This document shows positions 1 through 8,099 of a stretch of DNA of 64,000 nt, piece after piece. Each line of letters opens with the position of its first letter. Position 1 is the first letter of the stretch. The stretch is from a bacterium (lineage in GTDB: Bacteria; Sysuimicrobiota; Sysuimicrobiia; Sysuimicrobiales; Segetimicrobiaceae). Both the position numbers and the translations under genes were made by a program. The stretch covers positions 5,908 through 69,907 of the forward strand of contig DATGJN010000061.1 in assembly GCA_035295165.1 (NCBI GenBank). Reading direction: 5' to 3'. Under the pieces are notes generated by a model. It was not told the DNA's origin. It did no database searches and saw nothing but the letters and a program-made list of their open reading frames with translations.

Positions 1-1
1 C

Positions 2-91
2 TTCGAGATCCTCGGCCGCTGGAGCAGCCCGGCGTTCGCCGAGGTTACCCCGGATACCGGCCGCGTCTTCTACGCGGCCCGCCGCGGCTAA
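2..91 (+). CDS. 3' end of an unidentified CDS entering from the left edge (...FEILGRWSSPAFAEVTPDTGRVFYAARRG*)
   Basis: Frame 2 is open from the window edge to TAA at 89-91. Codons are GC3-rich. Too short to identify. Confidence 0.3.
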   Translation, partial: FEILGRWSSPAFAEVTPDTGRVFYAARRG

Positions 92-1023
92 CCCGACCCC
101 TCCAGCAACACCCGAAGCGCGTCGGCGTTCCGGGCCATGTTGCCGCGGACGTGGTTGTTGAACATCAGAAACACCCGCTCCGCGCGCTCGCTCAAGCGCG
201 CGGCGACCCCCGCCCAGTCGCGAAGTTCCTCGGCGCCGTACTCGTAGTCGTAGCGCTCATCGGTGCTCGCGCCTGCGCGCGCCCAACCCTCCCGGTTGCG
301 GCCGTGCAGCCGCACGACCGCCCAGTTCGACGTCACCGCCTCGACCCGCGGCATCAACCAGGGCAGGTCGGGAAGATCCACGACGACGTAGGCGCACCGC
401 TCGCGGGCGAGACGCTCGAGCGCCTCCGGATGGCGTGACCAATCCCGGTGGCGGTACTCGACGGCGACGCGATACCCGGGAAGCTGCTGCGTCCACGCGT
501 GGACCTCGTCGAGCGCGGCCTCGGAAAACCGCGCGCTCGGGGGTAGTTGAAAGAGCACGTAACCGAGGCGGCCTGCGTCCGCGAGCGGCGCGAGAAACGC
601 GCGGAACTGATCCCAGCACGCGTTTACGAATTCTTCGGGCGCGTCGCGGAGCCTGACCTCGGCTGAATGCAACCGCGAGGGCAACAGCGCGGCGAGCCCC
701 GGGGGGAGGCGCGACGCCGCCACGGCGTGACCCGTGAAGAGCCCAAACGCCTTCGCGTGCATGATAAACCCCGCTGGCGTCTCCTCGACCCACCGCCGGC
801 TGTACGCGGGGGGCAGCAGCGCGAAGTACGAGGCATCGACCTCGACCGTGGGAAACCGCGTCGCGTAGTACCGAAGCCGGTCCGAGGCGTTCCGAACGCC
901 CCGCGGATAGAAGTCGCTTTTCGCAAACGACTTCTCCGCCCAGGAGCACGTGCCGACGTAGATCCGGCCGTGGATCGGTCCGGGTCCCGACTCGCCGAGG
1001 AGCGAGAGCTGGCTAGCGTCCAC
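88..1023 (-). CDS. DUF72 (UPF0759) family protein
   Basis: 311-aa ORF. GTCSWAEKSF...FYP...RLRYYATRFPTVEVDASYFALLPP and ...LFQLPP... are typical of DUF72. Confidence 0.85.
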   Translation of the reverse strand: MDASQLSLLGESGPGPIHGRIYVGTCSWAEKSFAKSDFYPRGVRNASDRLRYYATRFPTVEVDASYFALLPPAYSRRWVEETPAGFIMHAKAFGLFTGHAVAASRLPPGLAALLPSRLHSAEVRLRDAPEEFVNACWDQFRAFLAPLADAGRLGYVLFQLPPSARFSEAALDEVHAWTQQLPGYRVAVEYRHRDWSRHPEALERLARERCAYVVVDLPDLPWLMPRVEAVTSNWAVVRLHGRNREGWARAGASTDERYDYEYGAEELRDWAGVAARLSERAERVFLMFNNHVRGNMARNADALRVLLEGSG

Positions 1024-1186
1024 CGCCGGGGAAGCCCGTCATCGCGACCGCGGGCCGGACGCCGCTCGCTTCGTCGTCAACGCGAATGCTCTTGTCGACT
1101 CGGTCCATGAACGCTCCTATACCTCCGCGGCGCCGCTCGGCGAAGAGAACGTTCCAGCCCGCCGCGGCGACGTCCTGCGCCGCGCG

Positions 1187-1894
1187 CTACGCGCCGGCAT
1201 CCGCCGCGAGCGTGATCACCGGCAGGTCGCTCCGGTTGCGTGGGCGCGGCACGCCCGAGGCGGCCCCGGCGCACAACACCTCGAGCCCGGCGAGGAGCGC
1301 CGCCACGTCGATGCCGTCGTGGGCCGGCGCGAAGGCGCGGAGCTTCTCGGCAGCCTTACTGGCCAGGACGCGGGCACCGTGGCGGTTCCCTTTCTCGTCG
1401 TGGTAACACGCGGCGGCGGCCTGGATCAGGCTATGGTAGAATGCGCGGTCCTGCCCGCGGGCGGCCCGCCAAGCGCCTTCAAGGTATTCGTGGCATTCGT
1501 AGAACAGTCCGGCGTTGAACAGGGCGACGCCGCGGCGCACGACGTCCGGCATTCCGGGCGGTGCGCCTTCCCCGAGGATCCGAACGGCTTCAGCGAGGCG
1601 GACGGCCTGTCTCGCAAAGTACGCCGCGTGCGGCGCGTAGGCGGCAGCGAGCGCCGGACGATCCCCTCCCGCCGCAGCGTCGAACAGACCGGACTCCGTG
1701 AGGCGCTGCCACACGTCGTCGGGCGTGGTCCCGAGCGCGCGGGCAACGTCTGCACCCGGCACCGGGTGACCTCCGCCGAGCCGGGCATACGCCGCGAGCG
1801 CGTTCGCCGTGGGGGCGTCCGCGGGGTTTTCGACCGCGCGGAGCGCAACTGCGGAAAGCGCGTGCTTCAGCTCCACGTATCCCGCGCGGCTCAA
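1187..1894 (-). CDS. DUF309 domain-containing protein
   Basis: 235-aa ORF with the DUF309 signature GVALFNAGLFYECHEYLEGAWR...YHSLIQAAAACYH. Confidence 0.75.
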   Translation of the reverse strand: MSRAGYVELKHALSAVALRAVENPADAPTANALAAYARLGGGHPVPGADVARALGTTPDDVWQRLTESGLFDAAAGGDRPALAAAYAPHAAYFARQAVRLAEAVRILGEGAPPGMPDVVRRGVALFNAGLFYECHEYLEGAWRAARGQDRAFYHSLIQAAAACYHDEKGNRHGARVLASKAAEKLRAFAPAHDGIDVAALLAGLEVLCAGAASGVPRPRNRSDLPVITLAADAGA

Positions 1895-1906
1895 CGACTT
1901 CCGACG

Positions 1907-4003
1907 CTACGGCGCGGAGGTCCGACCGAACGAGCGGATCGTCGTCCGCAGCGCCTCCGGGTCCGCCTCCGGCGGCGCGCATGCGGTCGCCGTGCACGCG
2001 TACCCCCGGGGCGGTCCCGACGCGGCGCCGAGCGCCGCCGCCGGCGCAGGCAGCACCCCCGAGGCCGTCCGCGGATCGTAGAGATGCGCGATGACGCCGG
2101 GCCGATAGGTCGTGAGCGCCGCGTCGTGGAGCGCCGCTGTCCGCGGATCGTCGCCCGGCCCCACGACGACCACGTGAAGCGGCGGATCGAGGTGCGCGTC
2201 CAGCGCGTACGCGAGCGTCGCGGCGAACAAGCCGTGCTCAAGCGCACCCGGAGCGCACGCCCGGAGCGCGCGCTCCGCGGCGTCCCGGTATGCGGCGTTC
2301 CCCGTGACCGCCCACAAGCGATCGAGCACCATGACCGCGACGGCGTTGCCGGCCGGCGTCGGCGCGTCCTGCGCGGGCACGTGCGGGACGGCCAGTCCCG
2401 GCGCTTCGCGTTCGCGGGCGGCACCGCCCGCGACGTCATAGAACGCCCCTGCCGGCGTGACAAATTCAGCCATCACGTAGGCCATCGTCTCTTCGGCGAC
2501 ACGGAGATAGGCGGCGTTGCCGGTGTGTTCGAATGCGTCGAGCAGCGCCCGAGCCATGTGGACCTGATCGTCCAGGAGCCCGGTCACCGCCGTGGAGGCG
2601 CCCACGATGTGCCGGAACCCGCGGCCGGAGTCATAGGCCTCGCGCACGATCCGGTCGAGCGCCCGGAGCGCAGCGGCGCGCGGACCGCGGTCACCGAGGC
2701 CGCGCGCCGCGTCGAGCAACGCGGAGCTCATCATTCCGTTCCACCCCACGTAGACTGTCCGGTCGACAAACGGCGCGGGACGGCCCGCGCGCGCCTCCCG
2801 AAGATGCCGGGCGGCGCGCACGAGGAGCTCCTCGATCTCCGCCGCAGTCCGGCCGACCACCGGGGCGATCGCGTCGGCGTCCGTCGCGACGAACAGCACG
2901 TGGCGGCGGGGATCATGCTGCATCTCCCCCCGCCCGTTCAAATGGTAGGCCAGCCGCGCGGCGTCCATCTCGTCCGGCGGCAGCACGGCTGCGGCTTCCT
3001 CCGGCGTCCACGTGTAGTAGTCGCCGTCGTCCTCGAGCGAGATGTCGGCGTCCTGGCTCGCGTAGAACCCTCCATCCGCGGTGTCCGTCAATGTCTCGGA
3101 CACGTACGCGACGATCCCCCGCGCGGTGTCCCGGAACGTGGCGTTGCCCGTCGCCTGATAGGCATGGACGTAGTTGCGCAGTAACTCGGCGTTGTCGTAC
3201 AGCATCTTCTCGAAGTGCGGCACGGTCCACGACGCATCGACCGAGTACCGGTGAAACCCTCCGCCGATTTGATCGTAGACGCCGCCGTGCGCCATGTGCT
3301 CCAGCGTGCCCGTGACGATTAGCAGCGTCCCCGGGTCGCGCGTCCGATCGTACCGACGCAGGAGCAGCTCGATCGCTCCCGTATGGGGAAACTTCGGCGC
3401 GCCGCCGAACCCGCCGTGGCGGCTGTCGAACGCCCGCTCGCTCGCCGCGATCGCCGCGTCGACCAGCGCGGGGGACACGGTGTCGTCCGAGGACCGTGCG
3501 TCGGCGAGGCGCTGGAGCGTCTGGTGCAGTTCGTCCGCGTAGGCGTGGGCCTGGTCGCGCTTGGTCCGGTAGAACTCGGCGACGGCCCGGAGCACCTGCT
3601 TGAACCCGGGCCGGCCGGCCACAGCGTCTGGCGGGAAGTAGGTGCCCCCGAAGAACACCTTGCCCTCGGGCGTCAGGAAGGCGGTCAACGGCCACCCGCC
3701 CTGCCCGCTGATGGCGCCGACGGCTTGCTGGTAGCGGACGTCCACGTCGGGGCGCTCGTCGCGATCCACCTTCACGGGCACGAAGTGGGCGTTGATGAGG
3801 GCCGCGATCTCGGGGTTCTCGTAGGATTCGCGGTCGATCACGTGACACCAGTGGCACCAGACGGCCCCGATGTCGAGCAGGATCGGCCGATCCTCGCCGC
3901 GGGCACGGTCGAACGCGTCTCCCCCCCACGGGTACCACTCGACGGGCTGATGGGCGGCCGACCGCAGGTACGGACTGGCGGCGTCGCCGAGCCGGTTGGG
4001 CAT
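1907..4003 (-). CDS. Thioredoxin-domain protein, YyaL/DUF255 (SSP411-like) family
   Basis: 698-aa ORF. N-terminus NRLGDAASPYLRSAAHQPVEWYPWG...ILLDIGAVWCHWCHVIDRESY, followed by a long (alpha/alpha)6-type C-terminal region. Confidence 0.9.
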   Translation of the reverse strand: MPNRLGDAASPYLRSAAHQPVEWYPWGGDAFDRARGEDRPILLDIGAVWCHWCHVIDRESYENPEIAALINAHFVPVKVDRDERPDVDVRYQQAVGAISGQGGWPLTAFLTPEGKVFFGGTYFPPDAVAGRPGFKQVLRAVAEFYRTKRDQAHAYADELHQTLQRLADARSSDDTVSPALVDAAIAASERAFDSRHGGFGGAPKFPHTGAIELLLRRYDRTRDPGTLLIVTGTLEHMAHGGVYDQIGGGFHRYSVDASWTVPHFEKMLYDNAELLRNYVHAYQATGNATFRDTARGIVAYVSETLTDTADGGFYASQDADISLEDDGDYYTWTPEEAAAVLPPDEMDAARLAYHLNGRGEMQHDPRRHVLFVATDADAIAPVVGRTAAEIEELLVRAARHLREARAGRPAPFVDRTVYVGWNGMMSSALLDAARGLGDRGPRAAALRALDRIVREAYDSGRGFRHIVGASTAVTGLLDDQVHMARALLDAFEHTGNAAYLRVAEETMAYVMAEFVTPAGAFYDVAGGAAREREAPGLAVPHVPAQDAPTPAGNAVAVMVLDRLWAVTGNAAYRDAAERALRACAPGALEHGLFAATLAYALDAHLDPPLHVVVVGPGDDPRTAALHDAALTTYRPGVIAHLYDPRTASGVLPAPAAALGAASGPPRGYACTATACAPPEADPEALRTTIRSFGRTSAP

Positions 4004-4059
4004 GCGTCACCTCACTCGTTCCTTGCCTGCATTATATCCAACAGATCCGATCGAATGAG

Positions 4060-4110
4060 GGGGCTGAAATCGCACAGGGGTCCTCAAAAGGGGCTGAACC
4101 ACACACGGGG
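4060..4110. repeat. Two imperfect 21-nt direct repeats, period 30 nt
   Basis: GGGGCTGAAATCGCACAGGGG (4060-4080) and GGGGCTGAACCACACACGGGG (4090-4110). They lie 57-107 nt upstream of the yyaL-like start codon. Confidence 0.5.
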
Positions 4111-4358
4111 GGAAAAAATCGGGAGGCGCTCACCCCACCGGCTTGTCACCGTCTTCGGCCCTCGTCGCCGGTGCCTACTGCCGACCAGCCGTTCTCCGGA
4201 GTTACCCCCGAAGTACACTTGACCAGCTTTCGGCGTCCACGTGCGCGAGCGTTTGAATCGGCTACCTTTGCCGGAGAGCTTGCGCCTCCATCACTACTTG
4301 TAGCACACGGCCGATCTTCCCACAATCCGGAAACTTCGTTCGCGCAAGCTCCGGATAA

Positions 4359-4392
4359 TGTGGATAGCATCGTGTGGATAACTGGTGGACAA
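4359..4392 (+). promoter_or_regulatory. Cluster of three same-orientation DnaA-box-like 9-mers
   Basis: TGTGGATAG (4359-4367, 8/9), TGTGGATAA (4373-4381, 9/9, the reverse complement of TTATCCACA), GGTGGACAA (4384-4392, 7/9). Confidence 0.45.
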
Positions 4393-4405
4393 TCGGCCGG
4401 GTCGG

Positions 4406-4813
4406 CTATTTGGTGCTTTTGTCGACGAAATTTACGCGCAGATTCGTAAGGAGCGTCTCCATCTCGCGACGCGGCGCCTCCGGGAGTCGGCCGCGAACCA
4501 GGTCGAACACGGCGCCGTACCCGTCAATAGCCAACCGCGCGCTCGCCAAATCCTTCTCGACCTTGCCGGTCCGCATCGCGGGAACGAGCCCCATCCCTTC
4601 CCACGCCTTCGCCGCGAGCAACCCAAGGAACGAGATCATGATCTCCTCCGTCCCAAGCGCTGCGATCGGAACGGCCCGTTCGCCTTCCCCAGCCGGCCCC
4701 GGCGTGTCCGGGGCCTCCTGGCGTGCGCTCGCAGGTTCGCCCGGGGACGCCGGGGGTGTCTCGATGTCGCCCTGCTCTGCCGCCACGCGGTCACGATCGT
4801 CCATCGTCCTCAC
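4406..4813 (-). CDS. DUF1844 domain-containing protein
   Basis: 135-aa ORF. The C-terminal half, ISFLGLLAAKAWEGMGLVP...TGKVEKDLASARLAIDGYGAVFDLVRGRL...LLTNLRVNFV, matches the DUF1844 pattern. Confidence 0.75.
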   Translation of the reverse strand: MRTMDDRDRVAAEQGDIETPPASPGEPASARQEAPDTPGPAGEGERAVPIAALGTEEIMISFLGLLAAKAWEGMGLVPAMRTGKVEKDLASARLAIDGYGAVFDLVRGRLPEAPRREMETLLTNLRVNFVDKSTK

Positions 4814-4840
4814 CTCAGGCGCCCCGCATCGCGGGGCCGG

Positions 4841-6073
4841 CTACGCGGCCTGCGAGCGGTCGAGCCGCTCCATGGCCCGGCACAGCACCTGCGCGCCGCG
4901 CGCCACATCGTCCCACGCGGTCTGCTCGCGCGGCGAGTGGCTCACGCCGCCAACGCTCGGCACGAAGATCATGCCCGTCGGCACCAGCGCACCCAGGATC
5001 TTGGCATCGTGCCCCGCCCAGCTCGACATGGTCACGATCGGCCAGCCGAGATCGCCGGCGGCGGCCACGATTTCGTCGTGGATGCTGCGGTTCAGCGGCA
5101 CGGGCGTGTCGGACCGCCATGCGCGCACCTCCAGGGCCAGACCATACCGTGCGGCGCACGCGCGGCCGTCGGATTCGACGCGCTCGCGCAGGGACTCGAG
5201 CAGCCTGGCGTCCGAGCTGCGGAGCTCAACCGTGGCCGCGGCGCGACCTGGCACCACGTTCGTCGCGCCGGGGGAGAGCTCGAGGCGCCCGACCGTCCCG
5301 ACAGCCCGCCCTCCCGTATCGCGCACGATCGTGCGCACGGCGCCCACGAGGTCCGCCGCACCCCATAACGCATCCCGGCGCATGTCCATGGGCGTCGTCC
5401 CGGCGTGGTTCGCCTCGCCCGTGAACTCGAACACCGCCCGCGCGATACCCACGATCGCATCCACGGCGGCAAGCGGTGTTTCGCGCGCGGCCAGTACCGG
5501 GCCCTGCTCGATGTGCAGTTCCAAGTACGCGGCCATCGGCATGGGCATCGAGCGGCGGGGCAAGCCCGTATCGAACGCGCGAAGGGCGTCGGCCGCCGAC
5601 TGTCCCGCGGCGTCGTGCAGCCCCTCCAGGGCCGGCGCCCGGCCCACCACGCCCAACGAGCCGAGACACCCCACGCCGTACGAGGTCCCCTCTTCCTCGG
5701 CGAACGCGACGAGCAGCAGGGTGTGCTTCGGCCGGACCCCCGCATCGCGAAGCGCTGCCGCAGCTTCCACGGCCGCGAGCACCCCGAGCGCCCCGTCGAA
5801 CTTCCCGCCGTTTGGCACGGTATCGAGGTGCGAGCCGGCGGCGATCGGGGGCAGCGCGCCCGCCTCTCCCGGCACGACGCCGAACAGGTTTCCCCAGACG
5901 TCCACGGCCGGCTCGGCCCCGGCCTCGCGCATCCAACGCGCAACGCGCCGCACTGCGGCCGCGTGCTCCGTGCCGTACGAGAAGCGGCTGACACCCCCGT
6001 CGGGCGTCCGTCCGATCTCGGCGAGTTCGGTCAAGCGCGCGCGCAGCCGCTCCTCATCGATCCGCACTGCCAC
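4841..6073 (-). CDS. M20-family Zn-dependent amidohydrolase (allantoate amidohydrolase / N-carbamoyl-L-amino-acid hydrolase type)
   Basis: ...RLTELAEIGRTPDGGVSRFSYG...AAGSHLDTVPNGGKFDGALGVLAAVEA...LVAFAEEEG... GTG start at 6073 is preceded by GGAGGG. The upstream part of the 697-aa ORF overlaps the permease gene and was discarded. Confidence 0.85.
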   Translation of the reverse strand: MAVRIDEERLRARLTELAEIGRTPDGGVSRFSYGTEHAAAVRRVARWMREAGAEPAVDVWGNLFGVVPGEAGALPPIAAGSHLDTVPNGGKFDGALGVLAAVEAAAALRDAGVRPKHTLLLVAFAEEEGTSYGVGCLGSLGVVGRAPALEGLHDAAGQSAADALRAFDTGLPRRSMPMPMAAYLELHIEQGPVLAARETPLAAVDAIVGIARAVFEFTGEANHAGTTPMDMRRDALWGAADLVGAVRTIVRDTGGRAVGTVGRLELSPGATNVVPGRAAATVELRSSDARLLESLRERVESDGRACAARYGLALEVRAWRSDTPVPLNRSIHDEIVAAAGDLGWPIVTMSSWAGHDAKILGALVPTGMIFVPSVGGVSHSPREQTAWDDVARGAQVLCRAMERLDRSQAA

Positions 6074-6201
6074 GTCACGTCCCTCCACACCCACAGCAAT
6101 TGTGCCTCGCGGCCCGACGGCGCCGTCAGCACGGCGCAGCGGTTCGCACCACCATGATACCGGCGGCGCGGGGGAAGAGACAAGCCCGCCGCCGGCGGGC
6201 G

Positions 6202-7092
6202 TCACCGCGTGCGGGGATCCCAGATCTCTCGGAGACCGTCGCCGGCGACGTTCAGCGCGAACACGGTGAGCGCGATCGCGATTCCTGGCCAGAACGCCAG
6301 CCACGGCGCCTGCGTGAGGTACTGCTGCGCGGCGTTGAGCATCGAGCCCCAGGACGGCGTGGGCGGCTGCGTCCCGAGGCCGAGGAAACTCAGCGTCGCC
6401 TCGGTAATGATCGCCCCGGCGATGTTCAACGAGCCCTGCACCACAATCGGCGCAAGGCTGTTCGGCAGGAGGTGCCGCCAGATAATCCGTCGGTCCCACG
6501 CGCCAATCGCGCGCACGGCCTCGACGTACTCGCGCTCCCGCTGCTGCAACACCTCGGCGCGCGTGAGGCGCATGAACACCGGCGCCAGCACCACGGCGAT
6601 CGCGATGATCGCATGGCCGAGTCCGGGACCCAACACGGCCGCGACCGCCAGCGCCAGGATGAGAGGAGGGAACGCGAGCATGGCGTCCGTCAACCGCATC
6701 AGCACATCGCCGAGATGTCCGCGATAGTAGCCGGCCGCGAGCCCGAGTGGCAACCCCACCGCGACCGCGAAGGCGACCGAGACGATGCCCGCCTCGAGCG
6801 ACGCGCGGGCGCCGAAGATCACGCGGCTCAACACGTCGCGCCCCAACTCGTCGGTTCCGAAGAGGTGGCGCATGCTCGACGGCTGCAGGTAGGCGGTGAA
6901 ATCGGTCTTGATCGGCGACACCGGAGCGACCCACGGCGCAGACACCGCGAGGCCGACGATCACGAGAAACATCACAAATCCGGCCGTCGCCAGACGGTTT
7001 TGCGCAAACCGCCGCACAAAGTACCGCGCCCCGCGCGGGGCACCCCGGCCGGGGGCCGCCTCGCGGAGGGCCCCGCCCACCGCGACGCTCAC
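6202..7092 (-). CDS. ABC transporter permease (DppC/OppC-like)
   Basis: 296-aa ORF, multi-TM, with N-terminal FVRRFAQNRLATAGFVMFLVIVGLAVSAPWVAP typical of OppC/DppC. Overlaps the upstream permease by 4 nt. Confidence 0.9.
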   Translation of the reverse strand: MSVAVGGALREAAPGRGAPRGARYFVRRFAQNRLATAGFVMFLVIVGLAVSAPWVAPVSPIKTDFTAYLQPSSMRHLFGTDELGRDVLSRVIFGARASLEAGIVSVAFAVAVGLPLGLAAGYYRGHLGDVLMRLTDAMLAFPPLILALAVAAVLGPGLGHAIIAIAVVLAPVFMRLTRAEVLQQREREYVEAVRAIGAWDRRIIWRHLLPNSLAPIVVQGSLNIAGAIITEATLSFLGLGTQPPTPSWGSMLNAAQQYLTQAPWLAFWPGIAIALTVFALNVAGDGLREIWDPRTR

Positions 7093-8057
7093 GACCGCCC
7101 CCCGGCGAGCTTGATGCGCGGATCGATGAGGGAGTAGACGATGTCTACCAGCAGGTTAATCAGCAGAATCGCCAGCGCACTGAACAACACCACGCCTTCG
7201 AGCATCGGGTAGTCCCGCCCGTAGATCGAGTTCACCGCGAGCTGTCCCAGTCCGGGAACGGCGAAGATCGTCTCCGTGATCACCGCCCCGCCGAGCAGCG
7301 TCCCCATCTGGATGCCCATCACCGTGATCACGGGGATCACCGCGTTGCGCAGCGCGTGCCGAACTACCACAACCCGGCCTTCGAGCCCTTTCGCTTTGGC
7401 CGTGCGAACAAAATCCGCGCTCAGCACCTCGATCATGCTGCTGCGGAGCTGTCGCATCACCACCGCGGCGAGCGCGAGACCCAGCACGCACGCGGGCATG
7501 ATGAGCGCACGCAGGTTGCGCACGGCGTCCTTCGTGAGGGGCGCCCACCCAGACGCGGGAAGCCAGCGCAAGTGCACGGCGAACAGATAGATGAGCATGA
7601 TCCCAAGCCAGAAGTTGGGGATGCTGAGCCCCGCGAGCGCCGCCGACGAGGCGCCGTAGTCGGCAACCGTGCGCTGCCGCCACGCGGCGATCACGCCGGC
7701 CGGAATCGCAATCGCCCACCCCACGAGCAGCGACGCCACCGTCAACTCGCCGGTGACCGGGATCTTCTCGACGACGGTGGCGAGCACGGGACGGTGGTCC
7801 TTGAAGGAGTAGCCGAAGTCGCCGTGGAGCATGCCGCCGATCCATCGCAGGTACTGCACGTACACCGGCCGGTCCAATCCCAGCTCGTGACGCAGCGCGG
7901 CGACGGCCTCGGGCGGCGCCTCCTCGCCAAGAAAGAGGCGGGCCGCATCGCCCGGGATCAGGTTGATGAGCGCGAAGATGATGACGCTGACTAAGAACAA
8001 CACGGGGATCATCGTCAGGAACCGGCGGAGGATGAACCCAATCACGGCCCGCGCCAC
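7089..8057 (-). CDS. ABC transporter permease (DppB/OppB-like)
   Basis: 322-aa ORF. FILRRFLTMIPVLFLVSVIIFALINLIPGD... and FVRTAKAKGL (EAA-loop region). Confidence 0.9.
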   Translation of the reverse strand: MARAVIGFILRRFLTMIPVLFLVSVIIFALINLIPGDAARLFLGEEAPPEAVAALRHELGLDRPVYVQYLRWIGGMLHGDFGYSFKDHRPVLATVVEKIPVTGELTVASLLVGWAIAIPAGVIAAWRQRTVADYGASSAALAGLSIPNFWLGIMLIYLFAVHLRWLPASGWAPLTKDAVRNLRALIMPACVLGLALAAVVMRQLRSSMIEVLSADFVRTAKAKGLEGRVVVVRHALRNAVIPVITVMGIQMGTLLGGAVITETIFAVPGLGQLAVNSIYGRDYPMLEGVVLFSALAILLINLLVDIVYSLIDPRIKLAGGRS

Positions 8058-8099
8058 AGCAGCGGCCGGGCGGAGGTGTCCCCGCCCGGCCGCCCGGCC

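Noticed and set aside
1319-3184. 621-aa ORF on the plus strand
   Set aside because: It lies entirely antisense to the well-supported DUF309 and yyaL-like genes. It has the Arg/Gly/Pro/Val-rich composition typical of shadow ORFs in high-GC DNA and no recognisable motif.
4316-4392. Calling the DnaA-box cluster the chromosomal origin (oriC)
   Set aside because: There are only three to four boxes, no dnaA, dnaN or gidA-type neighbours, and no clear AT-rich 13-mer unwinding element. It is kept as a finding but not annotated as oriC.
4059-4400. Possible tmRNA (the 5' GGGGCTGAA resembles the start of ssrA)
   Set aside because: There is no TTCGAC-type 5' pairing segment, no T-arm/acceptor 3' end (..GGTTCGAATCC..CCA), and no tag reading frame ending in a hydrophobic ..LAA-type peptide. 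The GGGGCTGAA motif is simply repeated twice.
4374-6269. 631-aa plus-strand ORF (also 4385-5368 and 4723-5424)
   Set aside because: Antisense to the DUF1844 and M20 hydrolase genes. The translation is Ser/Ala/Arg/Pro low-complexity. A shadow ORF.
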